Assembly (NCBI RefSeq): GCF_009914755.1
Contig: NC_060932.1
Strand: one strand, 5' to 3'
Length of the DNA stretch: 64,000 nucleotides
DNA from: the human T2T-CHM13v2.0 reference genome, Homo sapiens
The stretch's first letter is position 1, and the number at the start of each line of letters is the position of its first letter. Made by a program: the position numbers and the translations under genes. Below, piece by piece: positions 1-12,100 of this stretch. A model generated the notes under the pieces. The model made no database searches, was not told where the DNA came from, and worked only from the letters and a program-made list of their open reading frames with translations.

Positions 1-485
1 TCTATTTTAAAGACACATGCACACATATGTTTATTGTAGCACTATTCACAACAGCAAATACAATGGAATCAACATAAATGCCCATCAATGATAAACTGGA
101 TAAAGAAAATGTGGTACATACCCACCATAAAATACTTTGCAGCCATAAAAAATGAGATTATGTCCTTTGCAGGGACATGATTGAAGCTGGAGGCCATTAT
201 CCTCAGCAAACTAACAAAGGAACAGAAAACCAAATACTGCATGTTCTCATTTATAAATGGGAGCTAAATGATGAGAACATATGAACAGACAGAGGGGAAT
301 AAAACACACTGAGGCCTTCCAGAAGGTGGAAGGAGGGAGAAGGTCAGAAAAAATAACTAAAAATAACTAATGGGTACTTTATACCTGGGTGAGGAAATAA
401 TCTGAGCAACAAACTCCTGTGACGCAAGTTAACTTATGTAATGAACCTGCAGTTTATTCTTGATCTTAAAATGAAAGTTAAAAAA
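1..485 (+). mobile_element. LINE-1 3' end (older primate L1PA13-16/L1PB-like), cut by the window edge
   Basis: ORF2 end and 3'UTR motifs: GACACATGCACACATATGTTTATTGTAGCACTATTCAC, GGATAAAGAAAATGTGGTACAT, GGGAGCTAAATGATGAGAAC; ends in an A-rich tail near 485. Confidence 0.92.
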
Positions 486-2870
486 GGAATATATATCTGT
501 CTTAAATTAATGCTAATTGAAGTTATCAGGGATTCTCTCCATTATTCTTTGTTTTTATCTTTGGAGGACATCCAGAAGAGAATAGGAATGATGCTGACTT
601 ACGCACTTCGTATGGGTAGTGGAACCAGTAATAACTGTTTGTTAATAATGATTTTAAGTGAGAAGAATCACTTTTAATATTTTGTTGGTGCTTACTTTCA
701 CATATCAACCACATAGTATGCAACTACCTTGTGGTTCAGGCTTAAAAGAGTGCTGCATTCAAATAAACACAGTTTCAATCACCACCAACTTACTGAAACA
801 TGTAAAAATATCCCCTGATGTCTCTCAGTTGAAAATATATAGCAATGGTTTGGTAATTTTATCCTTTCTTTCCTTGTCTGTCTGCTACCCAGTAACTGTC
901 CCTGCAAATACCTCTCCTCTCACTCCTCAGCTCTGTCTACATTGAGTTTTGTAGTTTTCTCTTTCTTATTATATTTATAAATACTATTATTTGCTCCTTA
1001 TAATCTTTCTCCTTTCAAATAATAACTTTCGCCTCTCTGGCATCCCCTACCCTTTCTTACTTCATATTCCCTTGATTTTTCACCAGAAAAATCAGAAAAA
1101 GAAAAAACAATGATAAAATTATCCCTAATGGTGGAATGTGAGGGAGAAAAGACTTAAGAATATTTGTTTGTGATTTTTTTTTTACCCTTTGAACATTTTG
1201 AGTTTGTATATAATATTTTAGTAGGTTTGAGATTTTCCTCTATATGACAATGATATTTTCTTGGTGGCATCTTCTGGGTATATATTTCAACCTATTGTCC
1301 CTTTATTTTTCTCTATGACTCTAGGAGTTTTCTTCTTTCTCTCTTTTCTATATTTGCTCCCTTTGCCTCCAACTTTTACCTTCATTTCCAGTTTCATAAG
1401 TAATTCCTCACACATCTTTTGGTTTCTCACCCTTTCACCTCAAAGTGCAAAATTACTCTTACCTCCCCTCCCGGAAAATTACTTTCTCTTTCATCTCGTA
1501 CCTTTGGCATTCATTTCCTGTGGGGTTTCATCACAAACAGCAGCAGGTGATGTTAACTGTTTAAAAGCCGTGGAGGCAAAAAAAATCACAGACATCAGTT
1601 GCCATGGTCAAAATATATACAGTCACTTCGAGGGCACTAAATTTTCACAAACAGGTTTGCATTCGTTTTCTAACAGTAGTTTGTATTATATTAGTATATT
1701 AAAAGGTAACCTAAAAACAGATCAATTGTTTTCCTTAGTATTATTATCATAAATACTGGCAAGAATCAGTGTAGCCAGGGTGTAACTTTGACACAGACAA
1801 TTTTTGAATCAAGCAACATATTTTTAAGTACAATTCAAAAATTCCACTTGACAGACATCCCTTTTTAAAAACCCTTGCAGTCCTCAGAATCCTTTTAAAT
1901 GCTAAAGCAATGTCCTAACACTGATGTTTGAGTTTTTTATGGGCCATTAAGTTGAGTGCAAAGTCATAAATTATCTGTAAAAGTTACCCAAATTATAGCT
2001 ATCTGTGGTTTTTCGATAAAGGCCAAGAATGTGTTTTTTTAAAACACACCCCATTGCATGGAAAACCGCCAATCATGGAAAATATGTCTACTATTCTACT
2101 TGTTTAGAAGTTTTTGAGTAACTTAAGTGTTTCTACTAAGCTGCTCTTCATTAAAAAAAATCTTCATTGACGCAAACTTACAATAAATATTGTCAATATT
2201 ATTATTACTGCCATTCAAAAGAGCATGCCATATGGGATAGAAAAGACTCTGCCTTATTGAATTTATTTATTTATTTGGTTTTAAGATGATCTACAAAAGG
2301 CATTATAACAAAAACACAGTTATTTTAAACTCACAAGATCATAAAACTTCAATCTACCTGAGCTAAGCTAATACAGCTGAGTCTCATTAATATGTTTACC
2401 AAGGACATTCAAACATCAAAGATGAAAACATCTGTATTCTAAATCAGACTTTATTTTATTTAATAAATAAAAATTATGCAGTTCTTTTCATATTTTAAGT
2501 CTAACAAATTTCCTGGATCCTGAGGCTTTATGAGTTATGACCAAAGCACTGTCAAGCTTGCAGACAGCAGGTAAAAGTGATAGCAACATTTCTTTTCTAA
2601 TTAGAATGAATTAAAGTGGGATTATTTGCTGTTTCCCTACACATGTATTAAAATGTTTCTAGAGTAGTGTGACATATCCTAACTAGACTTAAGTAAGAGA
2701 AAATAAAAAATCTTAAAGAAACTTTTTAAATAATGTTATATATTATTGACTTGCTTTTAATAGTTTATGAAACTGCTCAGAAAACAAAATTGGTAGTTTT
2801 TGCCCTGAATAATGACAGAAAACTATGATTGCTACAAATCTGAAATGTGTAACAGTTGTTTTGAAACTTT

Positions 2871-2872
<2 letters not shown>

Positions 2873-2902
<30 letters not shown>
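2873..2902. repeat. poly(T) run, about 30 nt
   Basis: Directly visible homopolymer. Confidence 0.95.
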
Positions 2903-2904
<2 letters not shown>

Positions 2905-3200
2905 CAGAGGAATGCTTTTGTTTTTTTACAGATGGAATGTTGCAAAAAGCACTGACCCATGCTTTGGTGAGTGCTACTGCACTATTTGTCAGTAAATTTG
3001 ATTGACTTTATACACATAGTTACTAACAAATAAATCAACAATAAAAATGAAGACAAGGTTTTGTGAATACTAAATTGAAATCAGGTGTTAAAGAAAGATG
3101 ATTGTGATTTTTTTTAAGCTCAGCCTTCAACTTCTGTGTTTTTTTGTGTGTGCGTTGTTTGCCCATTAGTAAGATCATTGTGATCCACCCAAACAGGTAG

Positions 3201-3783
<583 letters not shown>

Positions 3784-4446
3784 TTTTCAAATATTAATAC
3801 AAAAATATCCACAGATTCCTCATATTTGTTCTCAGTGTTTAATATGTAAAGAGGATATAATTTTCTCACCATTTATATATTTTTTATAGTAAAAATATTT
3901 TTAAATGTATCCTGTAATATTATGAGCTAATTGATGATGCTTCATATTTTCTCCCAGGAAACCCAGAGGTTATTATTATTGGATAATAACATCTTATACA
4001 CAAAGAGTAAAATATATTTTGTTTTAAGGGTGGAATTCAAATTTGATATTCATGTTACATGCGTAAGCATGTAACATTTATAGTCAGTAACATAGCTAGA
4101 GTTGCACTTGTTACAAAAGACAATAATATATCTCTGGTGTTTATCCATGTTCTTGAGTAAAAAATTTAGATAAAATTTCTTCATCACTATATAAATGTAA
4201 ATATCAAAATAATTATATCTCTATCTCTGTAGCTGATAGCATTTGAAATATTCAAAGCAGCTCTTGCTTTTGAGATAGTCTGATATTTTAACATAAACAT
4301 ATATATTTGTACTTGCTATCCAAATAATTTCAAATAAAAAGCTGGGAATTTTATATGTATCTTCATAATATTGACTATAATGATAATTTTTCAACTTGTT
4401 TTATAGGAGGACTATTTCCCTTAATAGTTAAGTTTAGATTTGTTAC

Positions 4447-6797
4447 TGTATTAGTTTGTTTTCACACTGCTATAAAGAACTGCCTGAGACTGGGTAATTT
4501 AAAAACAAAAGAGGTATAATTGACTCACAGTTCTGCATGGCTAGGAAGGCCTCAGGAACCTAAAATCATGGCAGAAGGCAAATGGGTAGCAAGACATGTC
4601 TTATGCAGTGGTAGAAGGTGGCAGCAGGGGGAATTGCCAAACTTTTAAACCATCAGATCTCATGAGAACTCACTCACTATCATAAGAACAGCATGGGGGA
4701 AACTGCCTCTATTATCCAATCACCTCCCACCAGGTCCCTCCCTGGACACGTGGGGATTACACTCAAAATGAGATTTGAGTGCGGACACAGAGCCAAGCCA
4801 CATCATTCCACCCCTGGCCCCTCCAAAATCTCGTGTCCATTTTAGAATTCAAAACCAATCATGCTTTCTCAATGGTCCCCCAAAGTCTTAACTCATTCTA
4901 GCATTAACTCAAAAGTCCAAGCTCAAAGTCTAATTTGAGACAGGGCAAGTCCCTTCTGCCTATGAGCCTGTGAAATCAAAAACAATTTAATTACTTCCAA
5001 GACACAATGGAAGTACAGGCATTGGGTAAGTATTTCTGTTAAAAATGAGAGAAATTGGCCAAAATAAACGGGACAGAGGCTCCATGCCAGTCTGAAACCC
5101 AGCAAGGCACTAATTAAATCTTAAAGCCCCAAAATAATCTCCTTTGACTCCATGTCTCACATCCACGGCATGCTAATGTAAGAGGTGTGCTCCCTTAGCC
5201 TTGGGCAGTTCCACCCCTGTGGCTCTTCCAGGTTACAGCTCTTGAACCTGCTTTCACAGGGTGGAATTGAGTGCCTGTGGCTTTTCCAGTCTCACAGTGA
5301 AAGTTTTAAATGGATCTACCATTCTGGAGTCTTTAGGATAGTGGCCTTCTTCTCACAGCTCCACTAGACAGTGCCCCAGTGGAGATTCTCTGTGTGGGGG
5401 TTCCAGCCCCACATTTCCCCTCTGTATTGCCCTAGTAGAGATTCTCCATGAGGGCTCTGCCCATGCACCAGACTTTTGCCCAGAAATCCAGGCATTTCCA
5501 CACATTCTCTGAAATCTAGGTTTCCAAACCTCAACTCTTGTCTACTTTGCATCTGCAGTCCCAACAGCACATGGGAGCTACCAATGATTGAGGCTTACAC
5601 TCTCTGTAGCAACAGCCTGAGTTATAGAGCTATACCTTGATCCCTTTCAGCCATGGCTGGAGCTGGAGTGGCTGTGACACAGGATGCCATGTCCCAAGAC
5701 TACACAGAGCAACTGGGCCCTGGGCTCAGCCAACAAAATCATTTTGTCCTCTTAGGCCTCCAGGCCTTTGATGGGAAGGGCTCCCACAAAGATCTCTGAA
5801 GTGCCCTGAAGTCATTTTTCCCATTGTCTTGGCTATTAACATTTACCTCCTCCGTACTTAAGCAAATTTCTGCAGCTGGCTTGGCCTTGAATTTCTTTCC
5901 TGAAAATAGGTTTTTCTTTTCTACCACTTGATCAGGCTGCAAATTTTCCAAACTTTTATGCTATGCTTCCTTTTTAAACATAAGTTCCAATTTCAGAACA
6001 TCTCTTTGTGAATGCATATGACTGTACACTTTCAGAAAAAGCCAGGTGAACCTTGAATGTTTTGCTGTATAGAAATTTTTTCCACAGATACCCTAAGTAA
6101 TCTCTTTCAAGTTCAAACTTCCTAGATCTCTAGGACAAGGGCAAAATGCTGCCAGTTTTTTCACTAAAGCATAGCAAGAGTGATCTTTGCTCAAGTTCCC
6201 AATTAATGTTTCTTCTACATCTGAGACTGCCTCAGCCTGGACTTCATTGTCTATATCACTATCAGCATTTTGGTCACAACCATTTAACAAGTCTCTAGGA
6301 AGTCCCAAATTTTTCCTCATCTTGCTGTCTTCTTCTGATCTCTCCAAATGGTTTCAATCTCTGCCCATTACCCAATTCCAACGTTGCTTCCATATTTTCA
6401 GGTATCTTTGTAGCAGTGCCCCAAACTCCTGGTACCAACTTTCTGTATTAGTCTGTTTTCACACTGCTATAAAGAACTACCTAAAACTGGGTAACTTACA
6501 AAGAAAAGAGGTTTAATTAACTCACAGTTCCACATGGTTGGGGTGGCCTCAGGAAACTTACCATCATGGCAGAAGGCAAAGGGGAAGCAAGCCCTTACGT
6601 GGCATCAGGAGAGAGAGAGAAAAAGTACCATACTTTGAAACCATCAGATCTCATGAAAACACACTCACTATCACAAGTACAGTATGAGCAATACTACCCC
6701 CATGATCCAATCACCTACCACCAGGTTACTCCCATGACATGTGGTGATTACAATTTGAGATGAGATTTGGGTTGGGACACAGAGCCAAACCATATCA
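4447..6797 (-). mobile_element. Full-length THE1 (THE1C/D-like) ERVL-MaLR provirus: LTR 4447-4805, internal 4806-6443, LTR 6444-6797
   Basis: Both LTRs read TGTATTAGT...CCA(C/T)ATCA (reverse THE1); 1.6 kb MaLR-type internal region; identical 5-bp TSD GTTAC at 4442-4446 and 6798-6802. Confidence 0.95.
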
Positions 6798-7813
6798 GTT
6801 ACAGGTAGCAACTATGTGGAAACATTTTCAAAACAGCTTTTTAAAAACATCATAAAAAACAGAGGCTTTTGAAAATTTTTACCATTGTCTTTATATTTTC
6901 TTCAGAGCTTGCATTTTTTCCTGTTAATTAACTTATCCACATAACAATGAAATATAGTTAGCCCATAGTGGACATTTACTAAATGCTTCCTTAGAAATAT
7001 TGAAAACAAAGGAATTAATTATATACAAAATAATTTAAGTATATTTTTTCTTTTGTATACATCAAGCATTTTTACAAAATTAATATCCTCTAATATTTGC
7101 TCACATTAATTAACATCAGCAACATATACCTAAAAACCTAGAAAAACTTAAAGGATTAATATAAGCTAAATCTTTTCAAAAAATTGTATGAATGTTATCT
7201 GATTATATCAAAAAACCCAAGTATATTTATCAAATACAATGATGTAAATGCCAACAGTACATGTTAACATGATTTTTCAACAAATTTATGCTGTTTTTCC
7301 CTCAAATACAGAAAAACATACTTTGAACACTTAAATTATTTTAATTTTCAAATTCTAATGTAGTTTGCTAAATATAATTAATAAAACCAACCTTATCTTA
7401 TTATAGTAAATATTTTAAGAGACATTTTTTCTCTGCATTTTATGTTTTTTTTTCAGAATAACATTAGAATTTCACATGTGCTCTATAGAACTCTTTAGAA
7501 TTTCACTTCGAACATACATTACAAAATATAAATTCTAAAAGTTGACAATTATAATTATTCTTTTGTTTAAGTCTTGTATCCATTTTGAGTGAATTTTTTA
7601 TATGGTATTATCTCACACATGCTAGAATCACTATTATAAAAAAATAGGAATATAAGTTTTGGTGAGGATGTAGAGAAAGGGAAACTCTTGTACACCGTTG
7701 GTGGGTATATAAATTAGTAAATCCATTATGTGAAATAAGGAAGTTTCTCAAAAACCTAAAAATAGAATTATCATATGAACCAGAAACTCAACTACTAGGT
7801 ATGTCAAAGGAAT

Positions 7814-8174
7814 TTTATTAGTCTATTTTCATACACATATAAAGAAATACCTGAGACTGGGTAATTTATAAAGAAAAATAAGTTTAATGGACTGACAGTT
7901 TCACATGGCTGGGGAGGCCTCATAAACATGATGAAAAGTAAAGAAGGAACAATGGCAAGTCTTACATGACAGCAGAAAAAAGAGCATGTACAGAACTGCT
8001 CTTTATAAAACCATCAGAACTCGTGAGACTTACTCATTATCATGAGAACAGGATGGCATAAACCTGCCCGCATGATTCAATTATTTCCCACCAGTTCCCT
8101 CTCAAAACATGTGGGGATTATGGGAGCTACAATTCAAGATGAGATTTGGGTGGAGGCACAGCCAAACCATATCA
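7814..8174 (-). mobile_element. THE1 solo LTR (THE1B-like)
   Basis: T(T)TATTAGTC...GAGACTGGGTAATTTATAAAG...GCCAAACCATATCA; 5-bp TSD GGAAT at 7809-7813 and 8175-8179. Confidence 0.93.
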
Positions 8175-8301
8175 GGAATTGAAATTAGTATGTTGATGAG
8201 ATAGCTACATTCTTATGTTCATTGTAGCATTTTTCAAAATATTCAAGATATTGAATGAAACTAATTGTCTATTAACAGATTAATGGATAAAGAAAATGTG
8301 G

Positions 8302-8622
8302 GGCTGGGCATAGTAACTCACACCTGTAATTCCAGCATTTTGAGAGGCTGAAGTGAGAGGATAAATTGAGGCCAGAAGTTCAAGATCAGCCTAGTCAATA
8401 TAGTGAGACTCAGTCTCTACAAAAAAATAAGAAAAACTTAGCCAGGCATGGTGGTACATGCCTGTAGTCCCAGCTACTCAAGAGGCTGAGGTAGGAGGAT
8501 CACTTGAGCCTCAGAATTTGGGACTGCAGTTAGCTATGATCAGTCTACTGCACTCCAACCTAGGTAACAGAGCGAGATCCTCTCTCTCTAAAATAAATAA
8601 ATAAATAAATAAATAAAATAAA
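8302..8622 (+). mobile_element. AluJ with (TAAA)n tail
   Basis: GGCTGGGCATAGT..CACCTGTAAT; J-type GGAGGATCACTTGAGCC and CTGCAGTTAGCTATGATC. Confidence 0.93.
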
Positions 8623-9126
8623 CTGTCTATATACACAATGGACAACTACTCTTAAATTTCCTCTTAAAAAGGAGGAAATTATGTCATTTGCAAAAATATT
8701 GATTCACCTAGAAGACATTATGCTAACTGAAATAAGGTGGGTACAGATAGACAAATACTGCATGATCTTACTTACATGCAGAATCTGAAAAAGTCAAAAT
8801 CCTAGAAGTAGAGAGTCGAATGGTAGTTACCAGAGGCTAACGGTCAGGGGTATGAGAAAAGAGTAGATGTTATTCAGAGAGTACAAATTTTCAGTTAGAC
8901 AGAAGGAATACGTTTTAGTGATCTATTGCACAGCATGGTGATGATAGTTTTTTATAATGTATATCTTAAAATACTAAATGAGTACATTTTAAATGCTCTC
9001 ATCATTCAAATATTAACAAATGTATGAGGTGATGAATTTAAATTATTGTTTTAGCCATTACACAATGTATACATATATCAAAACATCAAATTGGACTCCC
9101 TAAATATGTGCAATTAGGTTTGTTTT

Positions 9127-12100
9127 GAGAGGAGACAGAGCAGTTTAGCCAAATAGAAGCTTCCACTGATTCGCTTCCCTGCAGGAGCATCAAATTGAAC
9201 AACTATCCACATAAGAAGTACCTTAATAAGAACCAAAAATCAGGTGAGTAATCACAGTACCTGGTTTTAACTTCTTATCATTGAAAGAGGCACTGAAGAG
9301 GGTAGTAAAGACAGTTCTGAATTGCTGATGCTACCCTTCCTCCATCCCCTGGCAGCAGCCATGTAGCATGGAGAATCTGTGGTCTTAGGGGAAGGAGAGC
9401 AAAGTGATTGTGGGAGTTGGCACTGGAATTCACTATTGCTCTGTCAAAGCAGAATACAACACAGAGCAGAACTCAGACAGCACCCACAAAGGAAATAATT
9501 AGAACAGCCCTAGCCAGAGGGAAATCACCCATCCCAGAAGTCAGAACCTGAGTTTTGGCAAGTCTCACTACTGTGGGCCAAAGTGCTCTAGAATTCTAAA
9601 TAAACTGGAAAGGCAGTCTAGGCCACAAAAACTGAAATTCCTGGAAAAGTCCTGGTGCTGTGCTGGACTTAGAGTCAGTGGATTTGAGTGGCACATGACA
9701 CAGTGAGACACCAGACAGGGAGGCCAAGAGAGTCCTTGAGTCACTCCTACCCCAACCCCAGACAACGGAGTTGCTGGCTTTATGTGTGATCCAGCACATT
9801 TCAAGTTGTGGTGGAAAGAATCCTTTTGCTTGAGAAATCAAAAGACTAAAAGGGACTTTGTCTTTTAGTTTACTTACAAGGTTGGCCACATGGGGGTAAA
9901 GCACCAAGCAGGCTCTTGGAGGCCCTGATTGTAGGCCTTGGCTTTTGGATGGCATTTCTAGACCTTCCCTGAGCCAGAGCGGGAGAACTCACTGCCCTAA
10001 AGGGAGAGTCCAAGGCCTGGCAACATTCACTACAAGCTGACTAAAGAGCCCTTAGCTTGTTGAAAGAATGTTGGTGGTAGCCAAGCAATACTTACTGTGG
10101 GCCTGGGGTGGAGGTGGTCATAGGGAGTGACTCCTCTGCTTGTGAAAATGGGAAGGAAGAGTGGAAAGGACTTTGTTTTCTGGCTTGGATGACAGCCCAG
10201 CCCAGCTGACTAGAGAATCAGGTAGATACCTAAGGTTTCCAACTCCAGGCCCTGGCTCCCAGATAGCATATCTGGACCCACGAAGTACTGGGGGAAATTT
10301 ACCACCCTGGAAGAAAGGAAACAAGCCTGGCTGGCTTTACAAAATGCTGATTTTAGAGCCCTAGGACCTTAAGTGAACATAGGCAGTAGCCAGGCAGTGG
10401 TTGCCATGGCCCTCGTGTGAGACCGAATGCTGTTCTGGATTCAGGCCTGCCCGGCACGGTCCCAGTGGTAGTGGCCACAGGGGTCATTATGTCACCTCTC
10501 CCATAGCTCCAGACAGCTCAGTACAGAGAGAAAGACTCAGTTTGTTTGGGAGAATGTGGGGAAGAGAACAAGAGTCTGTGCCTGGTAATCAAGAAAATTC
10601 TTCCATGTCTATCCAAGACCACCAAGTCAGCACTTCTACAAATCCACAAGAGCCACAGCATTACTCAGCTTGGGGTGCCCGTAATGCAAATGTGGTTGTA
10701 CTGACAAAAAATTTAGATTACAACACCTAAGTCCTTTTTAATATACCTGGAAAGCCTTCGCAAGAAGAATGTGTAGAAATAATATATCAGAGTCTCTTAC
10801 CAACAAAACGAATCAAGCAGAAGAAAGAATTAGTGAGCTTGAAGGCTAGCTATTTAAACATACAAAGAGGAAACAAAAAGCAAAAGAAGAAAAAAGAATA
10901 AAGCACATCTACAAGGCATAGAAAATATATAAGAGTTACTGTCCTTAAAAGGGCAAATATAAGAGTTACTGTCCTTAAATTGGCGGTAGAGAGAGAGATA
11001 GGGGTAGAAATATTAATTAAAGTGATAATAACAAAGAACTTCCCAAACCTAGAGAAAGATATCAATATACAAGTAGAAGAAAGTTATAAAACAACAAGCA
11101 AATTTAACCCAAATGGGAATATCTCAAGGCATTTAATAATTAAACTTCCAAAGGTCAAAGATAAAGAAAGGATAATAAATACAGTAAGAGAAAAGAGACA
11201 AATAGGATACAATGGAGTTCCAGTACATTTGGCAGCAGACTTCTCACTGGATTCCTTAAAGAACAGAAGAGAGTGGCATGATATATTTAAAGTACTGAAG
11301 GAAAAAAATCTTTTATCTTAGAATGGTATATGCTGTGAAAATATCCTGCAGACATGAAAGAGAAAGACTTTCTCAGATAAGGAATAGCTAAGGGATTTAA
11401 TTTGTCTTTCCTGTAAGAAATGCTAAGGGGAACTCTTCAATATGAAATAAAAGGACATTAATGACCAATAAGAAATCATCTGAGGGTACAAAATTTGCTG
11501 ATAATAAGTATACAGAAAAACACAGAATATTAGAACACTGTAATTGTGGTGGGTAAACTACTTATTCTTGAGTAGAAAGATAATAACGTATATTTTAAAG
11601 AACTATAACAACCTTTAAAGACATAGGCAGGATAATAATAAATAAATAGAAACAAAAAAAGTTTAACAGTGGAGGTGGGTATAGAGGTAAAGGGCAGAGG
11701 TTGTATTAGTTTTTTATTTGCTTGTTGGTTAGTTAGTTTATTCAATCAGTGTTAAGTTCTCATAAGTTTAAGATAACGAGATATAAGATATTATTTGAAA
11801 GTCTCGTGGTAACCTCAAATCAAAAAATTTCAACATATACACAAAAAATAAAATGCAAGAAATTAAAATATACACCAGTGAAAATCACGTTTACTAAAAG
11901 GAAGGCAGGAAGGAAGAAAAGAAGGAAGAGCAAACCACAAAACAATCAAAAAACAAATAATAAAATTTCAGGAGTAAGTCCTTATTCATCAGTAATAACA
12001 TTAAATGTGAATAGACTAAACTCTCCAGTTGAAAGACAGAGTGGCTGAATGGATTAAAAAAGAAAGATCTAATAATCTGTTGCCTACAGGAAACATACTT

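Larger units (their letters stand above)
7565..9116 (+). mobile_element. Old L1M 3' portion (L1MA8/9-like), interrupted by THE1 and AluJ; its last ~20 nt lie at 15940-15960
   Basis: ORF2-end and 3'UTR motifs GGTGAGGATGTAGAGAAAGGGAAACTCTTGTACAC, GAAGACATTATGCTAACTGAAATAAG, GATCTATTGCACAGCATGGTG; collinear across the insertions. Confidence 0.85.
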
